From positions 31,233-95,232 of the forward strand of contig JAGAFR010000051.1 of assembly GCA_017612555.1 (NCBI GenBank): a stretch of 64,000 nt of DNA. The letters run 5' to 3'. Shown here piece after piece: positions 1 through 9,200 of this stretch. Position numbers and translations under genes: made by a program. Origin of the DNA: Lachnospiraceae bacterium (lineage in GTDB: Bacteria > Bacillota > Clostridia > Lachnospirales > Lachnospiraceae). How positions within the stretch are numbered: the first letter of the stretch is position 1; every line of letters begins with the position of its first letter. The notes below the pieces were generated by a model. It was given only the letters and a program-made list of their open reading frames with translations. It ran no database searches and was not told the origin of the DNA.

Positions 1-402
1 ATCATCCATCAGGGTCGTATACTCTTTGGCTAAACGCGCAGCCTCTTCACCCTCCGCCTTATCCATGAGCGGCACAAGTTCATCGAGCCTGGCCTTCTCG
101 TCAAGAAGATCCGCAAATGCCTTGCTGATCTCTTCATCAACGGTAGCTGACAGGTCATCGAAGGTTATCTGACGAAGATAACCTATCACAGGATTGCCAG
201 CGGCAGTTATCGTCGGCTCTTTTCCGTCTTCTTTCGTAAGCTCAACTTCCCCGGCAATGACCTTTAGCAATGTGGTCTTCCCGGCTCCGTTACGACCGAC
301 TATGGCGATCTTTTCATTTTTATTTCTGACTTCAAAATCAAAGTCAGACAATATAGTATCGGCCGCGAACATTACGCGGCCGTCTTTGATCTGATATAGC
401 AT
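1..402 (-). CDS. ABC-F family ATPase, N-terminal part (gene runs off the left edge)
   Basis: Not in the ORF track because no stop lies in the window. Minus-strand translation from ATG 402..400 reads MLYQIKDGRVMFAADTILSDFDFEVRNKNEKIAIVGRNGAGKTTLLKVIAGE..., with Walker A GRNGAGKT followed by an acidic linker. The start overlaps the upstream stop as TAATG. Confidence 0.7.
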   Translation of the reverse strand, partial: MLYQIKDGRVMFAADTILSDFDFEVRNKNEKIAIVGRNGAGKTTLLKVIAGEVELTKEDGKEPTITAAGNPVIGYLRQITFDDLSATVDEEISKAFADLLDEKARLDELVPLMDKAEGEEAARLAKEYTTLMDD

Positions 403-1844
403 TATCTGATTAACGATCCTAACATCTTGAATCCGTATTTGACGTAGTTACCGAAGATCGACGGATGCTTTACGCATTCCCCCATCTTCTTTGCGATATA
501 TCCGGGCCGCAGATAAAATCCCAGCAGTATCTTCCTGCGGAGCTTTTCAACTTCTTCCTGTGACAGATATTTTGTTCCCTTAAGCGCCGAATGGAAGAAA
601 TCCGATCCGAGCGGTGAATCGGCAAGCAGGTTCATTTCCTTGGCTGCCTTATAAAGCTCCGTGCCGTAAAAAGGAAGTGCCATCTTGACTTCGATGAAGT
701 CGGGCTTCTGCTTCATTATCATCTTCTTTGTCTCAAGAATATGCTCTCTTGTCTCCCACGGGAAACCTATGACATAAAAACCCCAGAACGGAAGTCCGAC
801 CTCGTGGCACCATTTTGCGGCGCGAAGGTTCATTTCGACTGTCGTTCCCTTCTTCAGGGTCTTGAGCATTTCATCGGAACCCGATTCAAATCCGAATGCG
901 ACCATGAAGCATCCCGCTTCCTTCATAAGTTCAAGAGTCTCTTTTGAAAGAGGATTTACTCTTGAGTTGGCGGTAAATGCGATCTTTCCGTGAAGGGGCG
1001 AATTGATGATAAGAGAACACATCTCCTTGACCCATGCAGCGTTTATCGTAAACGTATCAGCCTTGAAGAAAAAGTTCCTGATGCCGTGAACATTGTAGCA
1101 CTCAGTAAGTTCATCCATAACGTTCTGCGGACTTCTGAACCTGACGCATTTACCTGATATGACAGGTGTCAGACAGAATACGCATGCCGAAGGACAGCCA
1201 CGTGAAGTCTGTATCGTAGCCATGGGTTCATCGGTGTCCGGACGAACGTAAAGTGAATTGTTCATGAGCTGCCTTGCAGGAAAAGGTCTCGAATCAAGAT
1301 CCTCGTTCCACTCATGGAACTTCGTTCTTGCGAAAGTGCCGTCCTCTTTTTTATATAAGATGGAAAGTATATTCGCGGGATCACCCTCGCCGCGAAGCGC
1401 ATAGTCTGCGATCTCACCGATAGCAAAATCAACCTCACCGCCGATCATGTAATCGACACATGACAGGTCGAGCATATCAAGCATCTCCTGCTCGGGATCA
1501 TAAAAGAGCGCGCCCTTTATGACGATGACCGGGTTATACTTTTCCTTGATCTTCTTAAGGAGCTTTAGGTCATCGAATATCGTCGTATTGGTGATGCTCA
1601 TCATGATAAGATCCGGCGCAAAGCTTTTCATGTCAGACTCAAAGTCTTCCGATGTGCATCCTTCCGTCTGATAATCACGAAGCTTGACCTCGTAGCCTTT
1701 TTGAAGAAGGATTGCCGCTCCGTATCCGAGATCGTTGCATGCACGCATCGCCTCTGCCGAGGCATCCTTTATGTTCTGCTGGCATCTGTCCTCACCGCGC
1801 TGGAACAGCATTCCCGGCGGGTAGAATAATAATACTTTATTCAT
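402..1844 (-). CDS. B12-binding (class B) radical SAM enzyme
   Basis: 480 aa. The N-terminal Rossmann-like region (LLFYPPG..., DLIMMS) resembles a cobalamin-binding domain. It is followed by the radical SAM cluster motif SRGCPSACVFC (CxxxCxxC). There is a 4-nt overlap with the upstream gene and a 1-nt overlap with the downstream gene. Confidence 0.75.
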   Translation of the reverse strand: MNKVLLFYPPGMLFQRGEDRCQQNIKDASAEAMRACNDLGYGAAILLQKGYEVKLRDYQTEGCTSEDFESDMKSFAPDLIMMSITNTTIFDDLKLLKKIKEKYNPVIVIKGALFYDPEQEMLDMLDLSCVDYMIGGEVDFAIGEIADYALRGEGDPANILSILYKKEDGTFARTKFHEWNEDLDSRPFPARQLMNNSLYVRPDTDEPMATIQTSRGCPSACVFCLTPVISGKCVRFRSPQNVMDELTECYNVHGIRNFFFKADTFTINAAWVKEMCSLIINSPLHGKIAFTANSRVNPLSKETLELMKEAGCFMVAFGFESGSDEMLKTLKKGTTVEMNLRAAKWCHEVGLPFWGFYVIGFPWETREHILETKKMIMKQKPDFIEVKMALPFYGTELYKAAKEMNLLADSPLGSDFFHSALKGTKYLSQEEVEKLRRKILLGFYLRPGYIAKKMGECVKHPSIFGNYVKYGFKMLGSLIR

Positions 1845-2578
1845 TTCAGTTTCGTCTCCGTAAAATACTCAAGCAATGAGAGTCTGAGCAGGTTAAGTGC
1901 TTCCGTGACTGCCCTCTGTCTTATCTGCATACGGTCGCCGGTAAATCTGCATTCCTTGATCCGAACACTTCCGCAAACATTACAACCTATGTAGACAAGT
2001 CCCACCGGCTTATCGGGTGTCCCTCCGTCAGGACCTGCGATACCGGTCGTCGACAGACCCACGTCAGCCTTTGTCTCCGCGAGGATCCCCTTGGCCATCT
2101 CCTTTGCGGTCTCGGCGCTTACCGCTCCGTACTTCTCAAGTGTAGACTTTTTGACTCCGAGATATTTTCTCTTTGCCCTGTTAGAGTATGTGACTATACC
2201 TATCTTGATGATCTCACTGGCACCTGGCACGTTTATTATCCTGCCGCTAAGCAGTCCCCCCGTGCACGATTCGGCGGTGGAGATCGTAAGACCGTTCTTA
2301 TCGAGAAGCTCGACTACAGTCTGCTCAAGCGTTTCATCATCATTTGTTGTGTATATCATTGCCCCGTACCGGGCCTTCAGCTCCTTGACAACGGGTTTAC
2401 CAATCTTCTTGGCTTCGGATTCATCTTCTGCGGCCGCACTGACGTGTATATGCGTCTCTCCGATCTGATCGGTCACAGTCACTTCGGGACCGCCATTACC
2501 GATAAGTTCGGCTATATCGCTTCTTACCGCATCCGCATCGACACCTATTATCTTGACCGTTTTACTGTATGTTGCCAT
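1841..2578 (-). CDS. cinA: CinA-type nicotinamide-nucleotide amidohydrolase (PncC domain), lacking the N-terminal MoCF-like domain
   Basis: 245 aa. Motifs LTISTAESCTGGLLSGRIINVPGASE, YSNRAKRKYLGV, STTGIAGPDGGTPDKPVGLVYIG. It sits downstream of pgsA, as in the Firmicute pgsA-cinA arrangement. Confidence 0.8.
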   Translation of the reverse strand: MATYSKTVKIIGVDADAVRSDIAELIGNGGPEVTVTDQIGETHIHVSAAAEDESEAKKIGKPVVKELKARYGAMIYTTNDDETLEQTVVELLDKNGLTISTAESCTGGLLSGRIINVPGASEIIKIGIVTYSNRAKRKYLGVKKSTLEKYGAVSAETAKEMAKGILAETKADVGLSTTGIAGPDGGTPDKPVGLVYIGCNVCGSVRIKECRFTGDRMQIRQRAVTEALNLLRLSLLEYFTETKLK

Positions 2579-2579
2579 A

Positions 2580-3128
2580 TCACCCTATATCCTTGAGAAG
2601 ATCGATGTTCTTGATAATGTAATCAACAAGCGAGATTATCGTAAGCGCAAGTGCGATCCACATAAGCGTCGTTGTGATGATCGAGAATATCTCCACGTTT
2701 CCTATCATGAACCCTACCATGATCATCTGAAATACAGTCTTGACCTTCCCCCATTTACTTGCTGATATGACAACACCGTCATCAGCCGCGATCAGCCTGA
2801 CTCCGCTTATCACAAACTCTCTTGCGATGATCACGATGACGACCCACGCCGGAATACGCTCGAGTTCAACGAGACATATGAGCGCCGAGCATACAAGGAG
2901 CTTATCCGCAAGGGGATCCATCAGCTTGCCGAAGTTCGTAACAAGCTTATACTTTCTTGCGATCCTGCCGTCAAACAGATCCGTAAATGCCGCTATGATA
3001 AAAATAGCAAGTGCGACCCATTTACACCAGCCTTCGCATCTTTGCCCGTCAACCTCGACAAGCATCAGTATGACGAATACCGGTACAGCCAGCACTCTCA
3101 TAACCGTTAATTTATTGGGCAGATTCAT
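2580..3128 (-). CDS. pgsA: CDP-diacylglycerol--glycerol-3-phosphate 3-phosphatidyltransferase
   Basis: 182 aa polytopic protein with the CDP-alcohol phosphatidyltransferase motif DLFDGRIARKYKLVTNFGKLMDPLADK. Confidence 0.9.
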   Translation of the reverse strand: MNLPNKLTVMRVLAVPVFVILMLVEVDGQRCEGWCKWVALAIFIIAAFTDLFDGRIARKYKLVTNFGKLMDPLADKLLVCSALICLVELERIPAWVVIVIIAREFVISGVRLIAADDGVVISASKWGKVKTVFQMIMVGFMIGNVEIFSIITTTLMWIALALTIISLVDYIIKNIDLLKDIG

Positions 3129-4425
3129 CGATCAGCACCCCTTCCAGATCATATTCTCTCGCATCGGTGATGCGGACATCTATCATGTCTCCTGTCATAA
3201 GTTCCCTGTTCGAATATACAAAAACAAGTCCGTCGATATCCGGCGCATCCTTGTAGGATCTTGTCACGTACACATCTTCTTCGGGCAGATAACCGTCGAC
3301 GATAACCGTAAGCTGCGTATCTATCATTGCCTCTGCGGCTTCATATGATATCGCCTGCTGCAGCTCGTACAGTTCCGCCTGACGGGACTTTCTTACATCT
3401 TCCGGCACCATCGGGCGAAGATCATATGCCGGCGTTCCTTCCTCAGGTGAGTAGGTAAATACCCCAAGTCTGTCAAACTCCATCTCATTGACAAATCTGT
3501 AGGTCTCTTCGAAATCCTCCTGCGTCTCACCGGGAAAACCCGCTATGAGCGTTGTCCTTATACAGATATCGCTCATCTTCCTGCGAAGCTTACTTACTAT
3601 ACTGCGTATCTGGCTTTGGTCGGTGCGTCTTCCCATCCTGCGGAGGATGTTATCGCAGCCGCTCTGGATCGGGATATCGATATAATGGCATATCTTCGGA
3701 TTGGTTGACATAATCTCAATCAATTCATCCGTAACTTCTTCGGGATATGCGTATAATATACGGATCCAACGAATACCGTCAATTTCCGAAAGTTTACATA
3801 ATAATTCCGGGAGCGATTTTTTTCCGTACAGATCCGTTCCGTACAGAGTAGTCTCCTGGGCAACGAGTATCAGCTCCCTGACGCCTTTACCGGCAAGATC
3901 CTCCGCCTCGGCGATCAGCTCTTCCATAGCAACCGATCTGTATGGTCCGCGAAGCTTCGGTATGATGCAGTAACTGCAGTGCTTGCTGCACCCCTCCGCT
4001 ATCTTGAGATACTCGTAGTGTCCCGGTGTCGTTATGACTCTGCCCGTCTCATCGGATGGCTGTTTGGGTTCTTTTTCGTCAAGGATCTGCGATATGACAG
4101 CTGCCATATCTTTTTTCTCAAGCGTTCCGACAACGGCATCCACTTCCGGGATCTCTTTTATGATCTCGCTTTTATACCGCTCTCCCAGACACCCACAGAC
4201 AATAAGAGCCTTAAGTTTATCATCCTTAAGGCGCGCCATTTCCAAAATGGTATCGATGCTCTCCTGCTTGGCATCATGAATAAAACAGCATGTGTTGATA
4301 ATAATGATGTCAGCATCGCTCTCATCATCGGTAAGCTCATATCCTGCCTTGCACAGTCCCGATATCATATGCTCGCTGTCCACGAGGTTCTTATCGCATC
4401 CGAGCGAAACAGGGAGAAACTTCAT
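3112..4425 (-). CDS. rimO: Ribosomal protein S12 methylthiotransferase (MiaB-like radical SAM with TRAM domain)
   Basis: MTTase N-domain (SLGCDKNLVDSE, INTCCF), radical SAM motif CSKHCSYC, and a C-terminal TRAM-like region (TRSYKDAPDIDGLVFV). I trimmed the start to ATG 4425 (MKFLPVSLGC), which has a GAGGAA RBS and avoids overlap with rpoZ. Order rimO-pgsA-cinA. Confidence 0.85.
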   Translation of the reverse strand: MKFLPVSLGCDKNLVDSEHMISGLCKAGYELTDDESDADIIIINTCCFIHDAKQESIDTILEMARLKDDKLKALIVCGCLGERYKSEIIKEIPEVDAVVGTLEKKDMAAVISQILDEKEPKQPSDETGRVITTPGHYEYLKIAEGCSKHCSYCIIPKLRGPYRSVAMEELIAEAEDLAGKGVRELILVAQETTLYGTDLYGKKSLPELLCKLSEIDGIRWIRILYAYPEEVTDELIEIMSTNPKICHYIDIPIQSGCDNILRRMGRRTDQSQIRSIVSKLRRKMSDICIRTTLIAGFPGETQEDFEETYRFVNEMEFDRLGVFTYSPEEGTPAYDLRPMVPEDVRKSRQAELYELQQAISYEAAEAMIDTQLTVIVDGYLPEEDVYVTRSYKDAPDIDGLVFVYSNRELMTGDMIDVRITDAREYDLEGVLIDESAQ

Positions 4426-4435
4426 CGACCGTTCC

Positions 4436-4669
4436 TCAGACTTCGGCAACGATCTTGATATCACCTTTTTCGAGTTCTTCGATAGCGACCGAAAGAGGCT
4501 TCTTCAGATTGGCATCCTTGATGGCGGTAGGCCGGCCGTTAACAAGTTCACGTGCTCTCTTGGAAGTAGCCATCACTATCGAGTAACGGCTGTTAACAAC
4601 AGGATGTTCTCCCACTTCAACCTCGCTGTTTGCTACCTTCATCAGATCACTGTAAGACGGATGTAACAT
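4436..4669 (-). CDS. rpoZ: DNA-directed RNA polymerase subunit omega
   Basis: 77 aa, MLHPSYSDLMKVANSE...NSRYSIVMATSKRAREL. AAGGAG RBS 9 nt upstream of ATG 4669. Follows gmk, as is typical. Confidence 0.85.
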   Translation of the reverse strand: MLHPSYSDLMKVANSEVEVGEHPVVNSRYSIVMATSKRARELVNGRPTAIKDANLKKPLSVAIEELEKGDIKIVAEV

Positions 4670-4671
4670 TT

Positions 4672-5319
4672 TCAATTCTCCTTTTTACTGTTTCGGGACA
4701 GGTAGTCCTCGAATTCTTTTTTCTTATCGTTAATAAAATCGCGGTTTCTTGAAACTGCCATTCTCTGGCTTGATACGATCGCATTGAACATTTCAACGCT
4801 TTCTTCAAGAACATCATTTATCATAAGATAGTCATATCTGTCAACGACCGTTATCTCGAGGCCGGCCTTTTTCATCCTCTTTTCAATGACCTCGTCGGTC
4901 TCGGTACCTCTGTGCTTCAGGCGGTTATGTATCTCCTCGACACTGGGCGGCATCACGAACACCAGGACCGCATCCGGATATTCTCTCTTGATGTTAAGAG
5001 CACCTTCGGTCTCGATCTCGAGTATCACGTTCTTGCCAGCCGCAAGCATTTCCTTGACATATGCTCTCGGTGTTCCGTAGTAATTGCCTACATAGTTGGC
5101 ATACTCAAGAAGCTCTCCGTCGGCTATCATCTTCTTGAACTCATCCTCGGTCTTGAAGAAGTAATGAACGCCCTCGACCTCTCCCTCTCTCGGGCTTCTG
5201 GTCGTAGCCGAAACGGACAGTACGTAGTCATCGTACTTCGCCAGAAGTTCTTTGATTATCGTTCCTTTTCCGGATCCGGCAAAGCCGGAAAGTATCACAA
5301 GAATGCCTCTGTTGTTCAT
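4672..5319 (-). CDS. gmk: Guanylate kinase
   Basis: 215 aa. P-loop ILSGFAGSGKGTI, TTRSPREGEVEGVHYFF, YANYVGNYYGTP. Confidence 0.9.
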   Translation of the reverse strand: MNNRGILVILSGFAGSGKGTIIKELLAKYDDYVLSVSATTRSPREGEVEGVHYFFKTEDEFKKMIADGELLEYANYVGNYYGTPRAYVKEMLAAGKNVILEIETEGALNIKREYPDAVLVFVMPPSVEEIHNRLKHRGTETDEVIEKRMKKAGLEITVVDRYDYLMINDVLEESVEMFNAIVSSQRMAVSRNRDFINDKKKEFEDYLSRNSKKEN

Positions 5320-5362
5320 CTTACATCACCAATAATGTGTGTCGCCAACTAGATCGCCTACG

Positions 5363-6241
5363 TTACTCTATATTCTGTATCTGCTCTCTTACCTTTTCGA
5401 TATCGGTCTTAAGATTGATCGCTATATCGCTTGTGATAAGATCGTTCGCCTTAGACAGTATCGTATTGGCTTCCCTGTTCATTTCCTGAGCGATAAAATC
5501 AAGCTTACGTCCGACCGAACCACCCGTCTCGAGTATGTCCTTTGTTGTGCGGATGTGACTGCGAAGCCTTACTATCTCTTCATCCACGCAAATCCTGTCG
5601 GCATATATGGTAACTTCACCCAGTATCCTTGATTCATCGATCTTGGAGTCTGCAAGAAGATCGGCGACCTTGTCGCACAGATCCTTCTTGTACTCTTCGA
5701 TGATCTCGGGTGCACGCTTTTCGATATCGTCAACATACGAAAGCATCCTTCCGAGCTTTTCGATAAGATCTTTCTTAAGATTATCGCCTTCGGCTATCCT
5801 TGCCTCCACGAATCTCTCAGCTGCCTCACGTATCACTTTTTCAAGGTCTGTCCATATCTCATCTTCATCAACATCAGCATCCTCGATCGAGAACACTTCA
5901 GGATATCTCGAAAGAGTCGATACCCGCACATCGTTTTCTATCCCAAACTGTTCGGACATCTCGCACAGATATGAATAATATGCTTTTGCCATATCACGAT
6001 TATAGCGGAGATTATAATTGTTCTCCTTATAATCCTCGTAGGTCAGGAATACATCTACTTTACCGCGCTGTATGTAATCCTTCAGGAGTGTTCTGATGGA
6101 TGCCTCAAAAAAGCCAAGCTTTTTCGGCATCTTGATCGAACAGTCCAGATATCTGTGATTGACAGACTTGATCTCAACGGTTATCCTGCGCTTTTCGTCG
6201 CTATACTCAGCACGGCCGAAGCCGGTCATACTTTTGATCAT
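5363..6241 (-). CDS. yicC: YicC-family stress-induced protein (endoribonuclease-like)
   Basis: 292 aa. N-terminus MIKSMTGFGRAE and C-terminal DFIAQEMNREANTILSKAND are characteristic. yicC-gmk-rpoZ synteny. Confidence 0.85.
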   Translation of the reverse strand: MIKSMTGFGRAEYSDEKRRITVEIKSVNHRYLDCSIKMPKKLGFFEASIRTLLKDYIQRGKVDVFLTYEDYKENNYNLRYNRDMAKAYYSYLCEMSEQFGIENDVRVSTLSRYPEVFSIEDADVDEDEIWTDLEKVIREAAERFVEARIAEGDNLKKDLIEKLGRMLSYVDDIEKRAPEIIEEYKKDLCDKVADLLADSKIDESRILGEVTIYADRICVDEEIVRLRSHIRTTKDILETGGSVGRKLDFIAQEMNREANTILSKANDLITSDIAINLKTDIEKVREQIQNIE

Positions 6242-6299
6242 TATAATCCTTCCGCCATTAGAAACGTCGTAAACCCCAATACATTATAGTTAACAAGCA

Positions 6300-9200
6300 T
6301 TATTCAGTCAAGGAAACCTTCATCTTAAGCGACGCCTTGGCGCCTGTTGCGGTTTCTCTTACCGTGACCGGAACGGTGTACGTTTTACCGGCCCGGGCAG
6401 CCGGCGTTGTGGTTATCGTAAGCAGTCCCTTGTCCGGAGTTGCTTCCACATTCAGTTCCTTCATTTTCTTTGCTTCAATCCCGAACGCATCAAACGCATC
6501 GATGTCAAACACCCTGATCCTTGTCTCATACGAGCCGGGCGCAGTGTAATACTTGTAGCTGTACACAGCCATCACCGGAACTGTAGCGGATCCGGTCCCC
6601 GATTCCTTATCGATCTTAACGGTACTGTTCACACTTCCCGCCGACAGCTTACCGACCGAAGGTTTTATCTTAATCGTTCCTTTCAGCACCGCTTTCGTAT
6701 CAAGCGTCACCTTCAGGGTAACAGTTGTACCCTTTTTCTCATAGACAAAATCCTTACCCGGCCTGATCACTATCATGTCGGATCCCATCGAAGCCTCATA
6801 CATGTTTTTGCCGTTTACGGGTTCAACCTCTGCACTTACTATGCTGCCGGTATACCCGGAAATACCGGGCTTTACGAACACCTGTCCTGCTCCGAGAGCA
6901 TCGATCGATCCTTTCTGATCAAACTTTACCGCCTTGTCGGATGCGGTATCGGAAACGTTTATCGTGAGAGTGAGTTTTTTCTTCTTCCCGTCCGGAAGCG
7001 TTCCGGTGACAAACAGCTTGCAGTTTCCCTTTTTGCCTGCAGCATCCCCCAGCTTTACGGTAAGCGTTCCGTCTTTTGTAAGCGATGACTTGTCAACCGA
7101 CAGTCCCGAAATGAGCCTGTCTTCTCCTTCAACCGAAAGAGTTGTAAGTACCGACTCGGGAAGAGTACCGCCGCCCTTTGCCTTCACCGTAACAACAGCC
7201 TTTTCGTCATCACCGGCATTGTTAAGGTTCAGCGAAATCTTCTTTTGCGTAAGCTCGATCGCAGGAGAACTCTTTGTGAACCTGATCGCAAACTTCGCAT
7301 AGACGAATGCATCTTCCGCCCAACCGTTATAGTGGATACGGATGAACCCGTCCTTGTAGCTGCCCTTCGGTACAGATACAAGGAAGCTTTGATCCGAAAT
7401 ATCCACACCCACGCTGGAACCTTCCACGACCTCATAGTTCCTGCCTTTTCTTATGCAGTAATCGGCTTTCCAGTCATAGTAACCGTCCTGATAGATCAGG
7501 TCTGTTGTCTCATGTACTATTGTTCTTGTTATAGTGCCGCCGGCAAGATCTTCATAAAACGTTGCCGATGATCTGTCAAGCTTTGCCTTCGGCGCCTTGT
7601 AAGTTGTCTTCAGTGTAAGGGGACACTCCACGGCGTTGGTACTGTTAACCCCTCTTACGGAAAATACGATCTTGTTATTTGCGGCCGCCTGTTTTACAAG
7701 GCTTTCCGTAAGGATGTCTTCCCTTAGTTTCAGTCCCACAACTGCGTATCCGTTAGCGTTTTCGGTTATCGCTTCATCATCATATACTACCGAATACCAT
7801 TCGCTTCCTTTTGTAAGGGTAATGCTGTACGGCTCGGCGTTCATGGTCTGTCCCTTGAAGTAAACGAGGACCATATTTGTGCAGTCATACAGATCCAGCG
7901 TATCTTCCTGAACAGCAGTAAACTCGCCCGCAGTTATCTCTTTCTTTTCGGTATCGGTCGATGCGGATCTGTTTTTGGCTTCCGCAGAAAAAGGTGCGCT
8001 TTCGATCGTCGTTCCGTCATCCATCGTTGCAACGGCGTTCATGACGATCATCCCTCCGGATCTTGTTACGGATGAAACGGCCGCCTCAACCTCATACACT
8101 TCCGGATATGATTCATCATATCCCGCGTCCTTTCTGGTCCACTGCGCCTTAACACGATATCCGTGCTTTGCATTGTCATCCTTTACCCAGCTCCATTCGG
8201 GATCTTTGTAACTGTCTTTTATCGGCGCGATCTCATAAGATCTGGTGTCTTCAACCGATACACCCTTCCTTTCCCAAACAGCTTTGTACGTGATACTTCC
8301 CTTCTTCGACCAGGTCTCACCGGTATGTTGCGGCACAAGAACGGTGTCTGCCGGGACATTTTCATCTACCGTCAGTACCTCATCTTCTGCCGATCTTCTC
8401 GTAAGCGTGGCTGTGACCAGATCGTCACTGCCGGCAAACGGATCATCACTCCACTTGACCGAAGAAGCGTCGATCTCCCACTTTCCGTACTGGGGATAGA
8501 TGACCACAACATCCTTCTGAACATAGCGGGAGTCGTAGTACTGATCTTCATATGCAAGTTCAAGCCCGAAAGCATCGTCTATTCCAAGACCGTTTACGGC
8601 TTTGTACCCGTACCCGTCAAGTGACCATCCGTATACTTCACTTGCCTTCGTAGTCGTTGCAGCATCGGGAAGTGCATAAGTATTACCCTCTCCGGTAAAA
8701 TCATCCACGGTCACTTTAGCGATCTCAATCGTCTTATCTTCATATCCCGACAGGTCACTTCGAAGTGACTGATATGCTATCGTAAGTTGTCGTTTACTCC
8801 ACTTCGGATACAGAACGAGATCCTTTTCAAAATGACCGTTCTCGTTGGCGGTAAGAAGCTCCTGCGTAACAGGCTGCGTCAGCGCTCTGTCTTCATACCA
8901 TCCGTCAAAGTCATAGCCGGCCCTTGCCACGTCTTCAAGACTGCACTGTTCCTTATTACCCGGGAAAAACCAGTCCGGAAGTTCGTAGGCCGAAAAGACA
9001 TCCTGTCCCTGCTTCAGGCCTCCGAGATCATAGGTGATGGTATACGGATCAACGGTGATCTCACTTTCACTTGTATAGACTTCTCCGTCATGGAAACACT
9101 TGCATATAAGGTAAGTGCTTCCCGCTCCCACCGCCTTAAGATCTACCTCATCCTTCGTGTTATCTCCTTCGATCACCGCCACATCGGTATTCTCTACGGA

